Assembly: GCF_004010195.1 (NCBI RefSeq)
Contig: NC_057718.1
Location: 59,445,622-59,509,621, forward strand
Origin: Chiloscyllium plagiosum
Lineage: Eukaryota
Direction: 5' to 3'
DNA length: 64,000 nucleotides
This document shows positions 39,509 through 51,350 of the stretch, one piece after another. The notes under the pieces are model-generated. The model was not told the DNA's origin. It searched no databases and saw nothing but the letters and a program-made list of their open reading frames with translations. The position numbers and the translations under genes are program-made. Within the stretch, counting starts at the first letter, position 1. Every line of letters begins with the position of its first letter.

Positions 39509-40320
39509 GCTACTTTTGAAGACAAAAAGTAATTGCCAATTTATCTACAGCAAAGGTCTACAGACAGCAAGCCCAAAAAATCCTAATCAGCATTCATTTT
39601 CCACTGTCAAGACACTGTCTACAGCACATACTATCTCCAGGACGTACCACACCACTCATTGTTGTACATATCCCAATCCTGTGATTTTGATCATCAGGAA
39701 GGAAAGGACCAGCAATGTTGTAGAAACAGTACTAGCTCCAAATCCATGACTTAGTCACATGCCATGCAAATTTGGGTATATATTGCCATTCCTTGCTTGA
39801 TAATTCATTACCCTGGATGTTTCCACCTAACATTATGGTTGGAGCACCATCAGTGATAGGACTCAAAATATTCATGAAGAAAGACCATTATCACTCTCCC
39901 AGGGCAGCTAAATTGGGGAATAAACTAGGTTTGCCAATATCCTGAGAATAAGTAATTCTTTTTTAAATGAATGAGTCGTGTATTAGTGGTATTAATTGAA
40001 GGCAGAATATTGGTTCAAACCTTTGGAAACCTTTCTGCCTTTCCCTGAATATTATTATTAATTTTTTTTTGGTTTTGTCTAAATACGTTTGGCTCAATAA
40101 TCTGACTGACAATGCACATGTCCCTCATACTGTGCTGGCTTGAGGCATGAAATCACCAGCTCCTGACTCACATCAGAGAAAGTGTAAGGACTGTATCTTT
40201 TTATTTTGCATATTTTTGACTGTGAACTGAAATGAGAAAGAGCAGTATTAAAACAAATGTTTGAAAGGATGTTTTGAAAAGCAAGTAACCTGACACCCAA
40301 GGCAGTCACCATGTAAAAGC

Positions 40321-41130
40321 TGTTTGGACAAGTTGTATGGCAAGTTTGAGTTACAGACAGTTTGGAACCAAGGGGTTATACAGATGAAGATTTTCCTGGC
40401 TACAAGACGTTGATTGGTCTATGGACCAGTTATCAATGACAGAGACCTGTCTGCCTGCTAACAACCGTGTGATTAGTTCTCAAGTAACTTAAGATCTTAA
40501 CGCTGGGAGCAAGTTACAGAGAACAAAGTTACAGAGAGAAGAAATGCTGTTCTTCCCCAGTTCAGGAGAAGTTTCTCTGTTCGTTGCAGTCAAAGTTCAC
40601 TGTGAACCTAAAGCAAGTAAATTTATCTTTCTTGTAACCATTTTTGTAAACCCTGAATTTTAACTGATGTAGCAGAGTCAGCTGGCCAGCTTGTGTCTTT
40701 TATCAACCAGTGATACATCCAGAGAGAGGTGCCTGAAATAATATGCTGGCCAGCAGAACAGTCTTAAGGATCATCTCAGCAACAGAGCCTGAGAACAAAG
40801 ACTACTGAACTGGCTTTTCAGACTTTCCCCTTTGTCCACAACCTATTTTATCCTGTTTGTTTGTTGATTAGTGTGCGTGTAATGGGATGTTTATAAGGGG
40901 TTAGAGTATTTTAATCATATTATTGTTTATGTGTAGGTACAGTCTAGTTATTTGTAAAAATAGTGGTACTTATTTGATACAGAAACATGATTCATGCTTT
41001 TTACAAATCTGGGACTGAAAGTCAGGTAAATTTGGAAACTTTGTATGTTTTAATTTTTCTTTGACTTTTGTGACACTTCCCGGAAGAGTAGAGCTTGATT
41101 TATAGTGCACTTTCCCAGTGAGTCATAGCA
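40321..41130. mobile_element. Solo LTR with 5-bp TSD
   Basis: TG...CA termini (tgtttggac...gtcatagca) flanked by aaagc at 40316-40320 and 41131-41135. Confidence 0.75.
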
Positions 41131-41481
41131 AAAGCCAAACTGACATTCATGACCCTAATGACATAAAACAGGCAAGTGACAAAAATATCAACAAATTGTA
41201 TTTGGAAAGAACTTAAAGAACTGTTTCCTGCATGATCCAGGAAATTTGTTTAGAATGCACAGACAATATCTTGCATTCACACTGCAAATTTCTACTACAT
41301 GGAGTTTGATTTGATATGAGGGAAATATAATTTTACCATAATTCATAATTCATGTACACCGGATGACAAATGGTGTCAGAGGCAGAGGTGTTTTTTTTCT
41401 TATTTTTATCAAAGCAGAAGAAAAAAACTTTGAAGGTTTTGAAGACAGAATACATTCACAGGCAGACTGCTTCTAAGCTCA

Positions 41482-41764
41482 CAGCACAGTAGCTCAGTGG
41501 TTAGCACTGCTGCCTCACAGCATCAGGGACCCGGGTTTGGTCCTAGCCTCGGGCAACTGTCTGTGTGGAGTTTGTGTGTTCTCCCCATGTCTGCATGGGT
41601 TTCCTCACAAGCCAGGTGAATTGGCCATGCTAAATTGCCCATAGTGTTAAGTCAGAGGAAAATAGAGGGTAGGGGAATGGGTCTGGGTGGGTTATCCCTT
41701 GGAGGGGTGGGTGTGGACTTATTGGGCCAAACAGTCTGTTTCTATACTGTAGGGGATCTAATCT
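41482..41764 (+). mobile_element. HE1-type V-SINE (internal deletion)
   Basis: tagctcagtggttagcactgctgcctcacag...ctgtctgtgtggagtttg...ggggatctaatct. Confidence 0.92.
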
Positions 41765-41770
41765 CAGCTG

Positions 41771-42115
41771 AGGAGGCACTGACATGGTGGTATTATCTTC
41801 ATCGATTATTCCAGAGACTCACGTAATGTTCTGGGGACCTGTGTTTGAACCCCACCACGGCAGATGGTGAAGTTTGAATTCAATAAAAGTCTAGAATTAA
41901 GAGTCTAATGATGACCATGAACTGATCAAACCCCATCTGGTTCACAAATGTCCTTCAGGGAAGTAAACTGCAGTCCTCACCTGGAATGGCCTACATATAA
42001 CTTCAGACCCATCGCAATGTGTTTGACTTTTAACTGCCCACTGGGCAATTAGGGATGGGTAATAAATGCTGGCCGAGCCAGTGGAACCCACATCCTGTGA
42101 ATACATTTTAAAAAC
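41771..42115 (+). mobile_element. tRNA-derived SINE with L2-type tail
   Basis: B-box-like gtttgaacccc, body shared with 31690-32030, tail gggcaattagggatgggtaataaatgctggcc; tail-only relics also near 9115, 13990 and 15170. Confidence 0.75.
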
Positions 42116-42200
42116 AACTAGGGCCATTGGATTTGATTTTAAAACTGTGCAAGTGTGTGGAATTGGGCCAAAATATCCCTGGATTTAACAGTAGCACAAA

Positions 42201-43153
42201 AGAGGAGAAAGTGAGGATTGCAGGTACTGGAGATCAGTGTCGAAAAGTGTGGTGCTGGAAAAGCACAGCTGGTCAGGCAGCATCCAAGGTACAGGAGAGT
42301 TGACGTTTCGAGCATAAGCTCTTTGTCAGGAATGTGGGGAGCCCAAGGAGCTGAGAGATAAATGGGAGGTGGGGTAGGGTTGGGGGGAAGGTAGCTGGGA
42401 ATGCGATAGGTAGATGAAGGAGTGGGCGATGGTGATAGGTCGGAGAGGATGGTGCAGCTGATAGGTGGGAAGGGATTTGGACAGGTAAGACAATTCAAGA
42501 CGGTGATGCCAAGTGGAGGATTGGATCTGGGATAAGGTAGGGGAGGGGAAATGAGGAAACTGGTGAAACCCACATTGATCCCATGTGGTTGGAGGGTCCC
42601 AACTCAGAAGATGAGGCGTTCTTCCTCCAGGTGTTGGGTGGTTAGAGTTTGGATGTGGAGGAGGCCCAGGACTTGCATGTCCTTGGTGGTGTAGAAGGAT
42701 GACTTAAAGTATTTGGCCACAGGGCTGTCAGATTGTTTAATGTGTGTGTCCCAGAGATTGTTTCTGAAATGTTCTGCAAGTTAGCGTTCTGTCTCCCCAA
42801 TGTAGAGGAGACCATATTGAGAGAAACGGTCACTGTAGATGATGTGTGTGGAAGTTACTTGGCCTCCTACACTGCCAAACTCTAGCCACCCAACGCCTGA
42901 AGGATGAACACCTCATCTTCTGCCTTGGACCTTCCAACCACATAGGATCAATGTAGATTTCACCAGTTTCCTTATTTCCCCTGCCCCTACCTTATGCCAG
43001 ACCCTACCATCCAACTCAGCACCACCTTCTTGAACTGTTCTACCTGTCCATCTCCCTCCCTCCCCCCATTCCTGATGAGGAGCTCATGCTCGAAATGCTG
43101 GCTCTCCTGCTTTCTAGAACTTGCCTGACGTGCTTTTCCGGCACCACACTTCC
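42201..43153 (-). mobile_element. PLE with GIY-YIG remnant and inverted terminal repeats, ~12-bp TSD
   Basis: acagtagcacaa (42188-42199) / acagtcgcacaa (43154-43165); minus-strand LLYIGETER*LAEHFRN near 42810-42765; 42890-43153 is an inverted copy of the left portion; hammerheads at 42302-42329(-) and 43072-43099(+). Confidence 0.88.
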
Positions 43154-43214
43154 ACAGTCGCACAAGAGACTGGAAATTATCACTAGAAATGAATCTCCAT
43201 TGAGTTATGAGCCA

Positions 43215-43563
43215 ATGTTTATAAAATCATGAGATGAATGGATAGGGTAAATAGACAAAGTCTTTTCCCTGGGGTGGGGGAGTTTAGAACTGGAGAGCAT
43301 AAGTTTCGGGTGAGAGGGGAAAGATGTAAAAAGGACATAAAGGACAATTTTTTCACATAGAGGGTGGTACATGTATGGAATGAACTGCCAGAGGAAGTGG
43401 TAAAAGACATCTGGATGGGCATATGAATAGGAAGGGTTTAGAGGGATATGTGCCAAGTGCTGGCAAATGGGACTGGATTAATTTAGGATAGCTGGTTGGG
43501 ATGGACAGGTTGGATTGGAGGGTCTGTTTCCATGCTGTAAATCTCTATGACTCTATGACTCTA
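43215..43563 (+). mobile_element. CR1 (HER1-like) LINE 3' end with short tandem tail
   Basis: gtttataaaatcatgag...cagaggaagtgg...ends ctctatgactctatgactct. Confidence 0.9.
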
Positions 43564-43591
43564 ATTGCATAAACTGTCAACTATCTAACCT

Positions 43592-43718
43592 CTGAAGAAG
43601 GGCTTATGCCCGAAACATCGATTCTCCTGCTCCTTGGATGCTGCCTGACCTGCTGCGCTTTTCCAGCAACACATTTTTCAGCTCTGATCTCCAGCATCTG
43701 CAGTCCTCACTTTCTCCT
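43592..43718 (+). mobile_element. PLE terminal repeat mini-insertion beginning at the hammerhead core
   Basis: 20-bp direct repeat aactatctaacctctgaaga at 43579-43598 and 43719-43738; CTGAAGA-AGGGCTTATGCCC-GAAA-CATC at 43592-43619. Confidence 0.88.
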
Positions 43719-45013
43719 AACTATCTAACCTCTGAAGAGGAACTGGAATATCTATCACTAGGAATTGAATCTTCAAAGCACTCACCTTAAACAGGGTAAC
43801 TCTTCTGGAGGCTGGGGCAACTTAGCTCAACAAATTGATTTAACATCTGCTAACAACAGTTAACGAAAACCCAACAATATGCTCCATGCAGTCCAGAGAT
43901 TACCCTAGTCAGAACTCAAGTAAGTCATTAATGGCCAGTCTAGTACAAGACAAAAGACCACCCTCAGTATTCAACAGCTGATGTGTTCATTCTCTTTGAA
44001 GGTGAAGCTCATTCATGAAACATTGAATTTGATTTTGTAAAATCAATAAAGTCTTGTAGATTATGTTTGCAATTGGGCTAGGTCAGGAGCTAAATAATTT
44101 GCATTTGGATTTTTAAAATCTAGAAATGAAAATATATTTCATTTGGTTTTTGTTTGAAGGTGTTAAATTAACCATTGATTTTTGCAAATTCCTCTTCCAG
44201 TTCACTATTTTGCCACAAAGCTAGCTAGTTACCTTTTCAAAAATCATATTAAAAATGATGTAAAGCCCATATAGCGTGATTGCCCCTTCCCTTGCGAGCA
44301 GCACTTTTATTTTCTGAAGCATCTTGGCACATGTGGCACTGTTTTATCCTCTGGGTCCTCATTTTCAAAATTTATGCAAGTTGAAGGTGCCTTGGTTGGT
44401 GCCAATTAATTAGCACAAAAATGTTGCATAGTGTGCACATTCAAATCATTATTGTTAGTGCCCTTTTCAAACATACAGAATGTAATCAGAAGGATTATAT
44501 TTTTAATTAAATAAAAATGCATCAGCATGGCATGCTACCATATATTAATAAGGCCCTACAGTTTCATCTTCGATAGAAAAATCATGTATATTTTAGAAAG
44601 AGAACAATTGTGATCAACTAACAATGTAAACCAGTGGGAGATATTGAACCCAACTTTCAATATGACTGATGGTGTATTTATACTACTGCCTGTTGTGATC
44701 GATCCAGACAATTCCATTTTCCACCTGAAGTAGTTTGAAATAGACTGCCAATGATTGCAAAGCTGTGAGTATTTAGCTTCTTTTGTGAACTGCTTAAGGC
44801 TTTAAGCTTTGAATGGTGAAGCAAGTTGCATCAGAATGGAAAGTATTTCTGTTTGCATTATAAATGAAGTATTAAATAACTCATTACAAATTGTACCTCA
44901 CCCAAAAGTGAAAAGTATCAGTCTTACTTAATCAAATAAGATCTGTCTCTGTAATTGTCTTCATTGTTAGTTTTATCAACACGCTGTATTCTATTAAGTT
45001 ATGCCTAATACTA

Positions 45014-45237
45014 GGAGAAAGTGAGGACTGCAGATGCTGGAGATCAGAGTTGAGAAAGTGGTGCTGGAAAAGCACAGCAACTCAGGCAGGGTTCGAGGAA
45101 CAGGAGAATTGACGTTTTAGGCATATGCCCTTCATTAGGAATAAGGCCTGATGAAGGGCTTATGTCTGAATTGTCGATTCTCCTGTTCCTCGGATGCTGC
45201 CTGACCTGCTGTGCTTTTCCAGCACCACACTCTCGAC
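45014..45237. mobile_element. PLE family B fold-back mini-element, 15-bp TSD
   Basis: ttatgcctaatacta at 44999-45013 and 45238-45252; inverted arms around 45140-45146. Confidence 0.88.
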
Positions 45238-46689
45238 TTATGCCTAATACTACATGAACAATGGATGTTGAAGAGTTACTGTAATTACTGGAAATTCCAA
45301 CTTTGTACCAGCAGTAAACTTTGTATTCAACAGTAAATGGGGCTCAATATTCTTATACACTGAATGCTATAACAATATAGCTGTGGAGATTGTAATAACT
45401 GTGCAAGTAAGGAAGAGAATATGTCTGAGGAATATTCCCCACGGTGGATCACAGAACTATACAGCGCAATGGGAGACCATTCAGCTATACCAGATTCCTA
45501 TACCAGATTCTGAGAACCAGTAGCTGACCAATTCAGGGAGACCACAGAAACATGCCAAATAATTGCATGCATAGATTACATAGGGTTACCTCAATGCTGT
45601 GAAAAAAAAAATGGAAATTGCTTAGCCTGCAATGAAATTAGCTGCAGATGTCCCCCAACTTCTCCTCCAGCCACTTGCTGTGGAAATGACCCTCCATGAA
45701 TAAAATCAAGTCACAATCAAAACTCCCATTCATTCAACATTTTCAGCCAAACAAACAACTCAAATACTTTATGAAATTGAATTTAGATAAAATTTTCCAG
45801 AGACTAGGAAGTAATCAGGAAATAAATGTCTGTGAGGCTTGTCTAAAATGTGGAGTGGAACGGCCTCCAAGTTTGGAAAGGACATTTCATAAATTATTAG
45901 GTAACCTTCCCCCTGACCTGACAGTAGCACAAACTGCAGGCAAGTACTTGCCTCATTGCAAACAATTTCCATTCTATCACTGACAAACAGAAAAAGCGCA
46001 AAGCAAACTCACTGGATTACCATGTTGCTAACAGGCATCTACTTACCAAGGTGAATGTATTTCTGCAGTGCCCCACTGGGCTCTGTAATTAAAGTTACTT
46101 TGTGTATAGGTAAGAGCTAAGTACCTACCTCATAAATAAATTGTAAGCATCTCACCATCTGCTTGTGTTAATTTTTTTTGTAGCAAAGATCAATTTCGGC
46201 AAGGACTTCTTTGTGCATGCATTCCACTGACCTCCACCTTTTACGTCCAAGTATATGCCTTAAACTCCTTAATACCAATACCAAAATTAATTGTAAAAGC
46301 TTGAATAAATTTCATCTGCTAGATAAACATCGACTATTCTAACTCAATGCTTATGTGTAGGGAAATCAGTTATTTAGCACAGTAGAGTTTATGCTACACG
46401 GCCTTACAATTTTTCTTTTAATCTCCTTTTGGAGAGAGAGGAGAAATGATGCAAGGCAAGTGAATTTCCATTTTGTCTTTTCCCCTGTATGGCTGATACA
46501 ACTCTAGCGGAGCATCTGTGCATATCCTGGAAAGAAAACTGAAAACTAGTCTATGCTGTCTTTTCCTGGGTGCCCACGGCTCTTCACAAAGTAACATCAT
46601 CCAAGTGGGAGAACTTTCATAGTGATCTCAAAATGATGAAACGAAGATTCCTCAGTGATGGATCAGTACAAAGTACAATGTGATTAAAA

Positions 46690-46975
46690 GCTAGGTTCAG
46701 TTTCCAGTGTGTGCTGATCCCAACCCAAGGTAGCAGCTGGGCTCTTACAATTGGCATCAGTGCTTCTGAACGAGATAATCACTGCTGCTGGTCTGGGTAT
46801 ACAAGTCCATTATCTGAGGGCTGGTTTGGCTTGGTTGTAGTGCCTTCCATGGTTGAATAGTTTTGGACTCTCACTGCTCGGCCTCATAGTTAAATAATGG
46901 TCACTTGGGGCAAGGTTCGCACCAGAAGGCTGGAGACAACTGAAACTTAAACCTTCGTAAAAGCCAGTGCCTTTG
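46690..46975 (+). mobile_element. Ancient SINE-like repeat (further copies ~55200-55400 and ~57680-57960)
   Basis: Shared colinear words between copies: caattggcatcagtg / caaatggcttcagtg; aataatggtcacttggggcaagg / aacagtgatcatgagggcaagg. Confidence 0.45.
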
Positions 46976-48229
46976 GGTAAAAATCAGAGTGAAAAATGCA
47001 ATTAAATGTGATTGCATTTTATTTATAGTTCAATTGATTATTACTGCTCATGCCACATGTGTAAAAATTAAAGTGCATCAGAAGCAAGGATAAAACATCT
47101 GGCAGTAGATGCTGCTGAGTCAGAAATCATTGCTCCACACAAACGTTTCATCAAATCAACATTTAATGTGCAAACCAGAGGCTTGTTTTATTGTATGAAG
47201 CCAAGACAGATATAATCAATCAAATCCAAAATAAGCATCATTCTGTATTTCGAGAAAAAACAATTATGTTGACAAATTTGCATCATGTTCTTTTCTGTCA
47301 ATTTATTTCAGAAACTTGATACTCTTGAAAAGGATAAAGATTTCAGGGTCATGCCATTTGAAATTTGGCCTGTTTTTCTTTGAATGACCTTCAGCTCCTC
47401 CCCACCTGCCTCTTTGTGTTCTGGTCGGAGACAGTAGTCTTTAGGAGCTCCACTGTGTCTCTTCTCTGGAGACTGCGGTTGGAATGCAGCCCAGAACAGG
47501 GTGACTTTGTGACGGCTGTAAAGGATCCCAAGTGAAATGAGTTTGAGCAGCCTTGGAGCGCATAAAGATGCTTACCTGCTGACATCCTGTGGCCATTGAC
47601 TCAAAATCCGGAGGAGGCTGACATTCCAGCCTGTCTGCCATATGTGTTGTAAGTTCCCTCAGTTTCCACCTGCATCCCACTGAAAAGGGAAATAACACTG
47701 CAGCCTCCAGATAGAGCTGGATGTGAGTTCAACCATGCGTGAATTTGGATGGCCATCAGGCCAAACTGATGGATTAACAGAGCTGCATTGTCACCTACTC
47801 TGTGGGGAAATTTTTCGGTTCTACTAATCCTGCCGTTGAAGGTTAGTAGAGTTGCAGCTATGATGGTTATCAGCTAATATCAGATCATGAAAAGGCAGTA
47901 ACAATAAACTAAAACTCCTGTTAACAATTACTTCAAGGAATTAAGCCTGCCTGTTAACAATAGCAGCCACAAAATTAAATGTGCCTATTTTTGGTCTTGT
48001 AGAGAATCCAGGATTGTCTGAATGGATAGGCCCTAAGCTCACCTGATATTAGGCTTCAGGTTTTATTATCATTTAGCTGTTGAGCTGAAAACATTTAACA
48101 GGAACTGAGTGGCAAAGGAAAATTGAACATGGGTCATTGTGAAATCAGCGATAGTCTCAGATAACTGGTTAAGGGAAGGAGTTAAGTGGGGAGAGTGCCA
48201 ATTGATAAAGGGGTCTTCAAGAAAGAGAA

Positions 48230-48660
48230 AGGTTAAGTAATTGAATTGGAGGGAAGGTGATCAGATTGAGAGGGTAGTTGATTAGTTGTGAGGGTAGAGG
48301 ATTAGTCGAGTGATTAATCAGGAGTTTGCTGAATGGTCAGGAGTGTGCATCAATCAAGAGGATAGGTTAGGAGGTTAGGTGATCCTCAGCTGGGTTGGTG
48401 ATTGATCAGGAGGGTAAGTGTTTGGTAAGGAGGATAATTAATCAGTCAGGAGGATAGGTTATTTGTCATGTGGGTAGGTGATCAGGCAATTAGTGATTTG
48501 TCAGATGGATAGGTAATCAGTTGGGAGGATACATGATGTGTTGTGAGGGCAGATGTTAGTCGGGAGGGTAGGTATTTGGTTGGGAGAATGGGTGATTGGT
48601 TGTGACGGTAGATGATCAGTCAGGAGGGTAGGTGATTGTGTTAAAGGGGTAGTTGAACAG
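48230..48660 (+). repeat. Degenerate G/T-rich minisatellite, ~20-bp unit (ggagggtaggtgattggtca-like)
   Basis: Recurrent caggagggtaggt / tgagggtag words. Confidence 0.7.
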
Positions 48661-48676
48661 TTTAAAAGGAGGTGCT

Positions 48677-48795
48677 CACTTTGTGTCTTCCACTGTGTCT
48701 CCCACCTGCACACACACCATGGGTGCTGGGGATAAAATAAGCACTACCGCACTTAGGTGGTAGTGTGGGGGTTAAAATAAGGAAAAAAAAAGAAA
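48677..48795 (+). mobile_element. Non-LTR retrotransposon extreme 3' end (L1/Tx1-like) with A-rich tail and 14-bp TSD
   Basis: taaaaggaggtgct at 48663-48676 and 48796-48809; tt/aaaa target; stem-loop gcactaccgc-acttag-gtggtagtgt. Confidence 0.7.
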
Positions 48796-48869
48796 TAAAA
48801 GGAGGTGCTGGTTGTGAGGGTAGAATACATAAAAAGAGGTCCTATCTTCCACAAACGTTAGCTCATCCA

Positions 48870-49200
48870 AAGCTTTAGTACCCATGCCCTAACTTGCATC
48901 CCATTTGTCCCCCCATCACCCTGTGACACCCTCTTATCACTATATCCTCCCCTGCCACTGAAAGCCTCTGAGATTTCAGCTCTGTTCCTCATGCATGTCC
49001 CCAATTCTAATTGCTCCAATATTTTATTAGCGATGTCTTTAGCTTCCTCGGCCTAAAGTTCTGGAATTCATTCCCTTAATCTCTCTGCTGTGCTCTCCTC
49101 CTTTAAGGCACTCCTCAAAATCTATCTTCTTGGTCAAGCTATTGGTCATTTGTCCAAATATCTCTTTATATAATGCACTTGTGATTTGTAATAAACATTT
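48870..49200 (+). mobile_element. L2 LINE 3' end, old
   Basis: cctctgagat...gcctaaagttctggaattcattcc...ctcctttaaggcactcctcaaaatctatct. Confidence 0.55.
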
Positions 49201-49671
49201 ACTCATGGCCAAACAATAGTGGAGTCTTAGAAGACAGTTTAATGCACATTGAAAGAGGCAGAGTCGGGATACATTTCTGAGCCTGCGTTCTTCATTAGTC
49301 TGACACTATCCTTCTGTCATTCCAAGAGCACAGGTAGAACTTCTTGACCTTTGGTACATGAAAGTATTGGAAGCTGCATGTTAAGGTTGGGAAATTGCTG
49401 CAGTAGACGGGGTACTTGCACTGATTTGTTTGCAAAATATAATTATTTTCAAAAATAAAATGATAGGATTTGGTTTTATGACATTTTCACAAGGCCCATA
49501 AATTGATATTCTATCACCTACTTCTACAAATTAATGTTGCAAGATCTTGAGAGAAATAACAAAGGTGTACACCATCTGCACAGACTAACTAATAAACTCA
49601 GTAGGATTTTCACGGTCAATATGAATCTGCTCCTAACATAATGGTGAGTGTGAAGGAAGTAAATTGACCCA

Positions 49672-49992
49672 TAGTGTCCAGTCTAGGTGAACCAGCCATG
49701 GTAAATGCAGGTTTATCGGGATAAGATAGAGGGGGGAGGGTAGAAAGTGGGTTTAGGTAGGATGCTCTTCAATAGGTTAGTGCAGACATGATGGGCCAAA
49801 TGGCCTCTTTCTGCACTTTAAGGATTCAATAATTCTAGGTAGACATAGATCTTGTGGCTAAAGAAATCAAGGAATATAAGCCAAGGGCAGGATTAGGGTA
49901 TTGGGCTCGATGATCAGCCATGATCATATTGAAGGCGGAGCAGGCTCAAGAGGTCAAATGGCCTACTGTTGCTTCCATCTTCTATGTTTCTA
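49672..49992 (+). mobile_element. HE1 SINE 3' half (49672-49836) followed by a CR1 3' end
   Basis: gggccaaatggcctctttctgcac tail; then gatcagccatgatcatattgaaggcggagcaggctc...cttctatgtttcta. Confidence 0.7.
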
Positions 49993-51231
49993 GGAACTGA
50001 AGATGATTGGTCTGTAAAGATACAGAGACATCCGTATCTTAGCATTCACTGTTTCTGGCCCATTACCCTCACCGTGAATGTACTCTTAACATGCCAGAAC
50101 TTCGATTTGTTGATCACAATGCGTTCTATCTTTTTGTCTCCCCCAGATATGAACAACATTACCATGGACTCTGCAATCAAGAGGATGATGCCACAAAACA
50201 TGGTGCCCTTCATCTCTGAGGGATGGAGTGTGGATGCTTCAGAGAAAACACTGGCAAGCCTTCCTCCTGTACCCTTCACCAGCCCAGACGGGTCGGTACA
50301 AGATAAGAGTCAGGAGTATCTGCTGGTGAATACATCACTGCCACATCTCTACAGCTGGCTGAGGAAGAAATGGCCCAGTTCACTGTCACTCAGAGGACTA
50401 CCAGAGACCAGGCCTCAGCTCAGCCTTAGACAGGAGTGGGTCCCATTCATTACTCCATCGACACTTAAAAGCAGTCACAGGAGCAACGGGTAAGGAGTGT
50501 TTAGAATTCAAGAAGTTAGGACTCTACCTCCTCAGGCTTGCAAGTCTGTAGCTGCCTCCATGGACAGGTTGGCAGCTGCATTGGATAGCTCAGTCAATTA
50601 GTCTCAAAGTCTGCTGGGTAAGTGCATTGACCTGAACTTCATCGCGATAGCCATTTGTACTTGGCATCAACAGCAAGGAGTGAGGGGCCTTGGCCTCACT
50701 CCAGGTGCCCTTCCTCACAAATAGATAGAGAAATGCCTGTCCACCCACAGTCGCCCAGAAATCTCTTCTTGAGATACTCCAGAGGTTGCCAAAACCTCCA
50801 CCCTTCTTGTCACTCTTAAATCTGCTAAAGCCAAAGTAGGCATGTGTCCTTCTAGGCAGAATGCACTCAACATGTCTGGGCCCTGGAGGCAATTTCCCTT
50901 CCCTCCTTGGTTGCCTAAGTAAAATTCCAAGGCTAATGCGGTTCACTGTAGGGCAGGCTCCTTCCACCTTTGCACTGAGATGTAGTGGGAAGGAGAGAAC
51001 ATAGGTGGTAAGGGTGACATGCCACTCTAAATATGTTATTGAACTTATAAATATATATTCCCTCCTCTTCATCAGCTGTGTGTGTGTGAATATGTGACGA
51101 GCAGCAACTATCAAATTGTAGGTACACAGCCTGCCAATCCTTAGTACTATATAATATTTGATATGAAGTGAGCAGTCCCTGCACCATGTACAGGCTATGG
51201 GTAAAACTCAGGTAACTGCTATTTAGCAACT

Positions 51232-51350
51232 AGAAAGTGAGAACTGCAGATGTTGGAGATCAGAGTCAAGAAATGTGGTGCTGGAAAAGCACAGCCAGTC
51301 AGGCAGCATCTGCGGAGCAGGAAAATCGATGTTTCATCAGGAGCTTATGC
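51232..51350 (-). mobile_element. PLE family B terminal repeat with stem II deleted
   Basis: Homologous to 45014-45140 but reads gatgtttcatcagg. Confidence 0.8.

Noticed and set aside
45485..45510. 13-bp tandem duplication (ctataccagattc x2)
   Set aside because: Ordinary slippage event.
47576..47679. Possible minus-strand 104-nt exon with good AG/GT sites
   Set aside because: No recognisable protein, no partner exons; such sites arise by chance.
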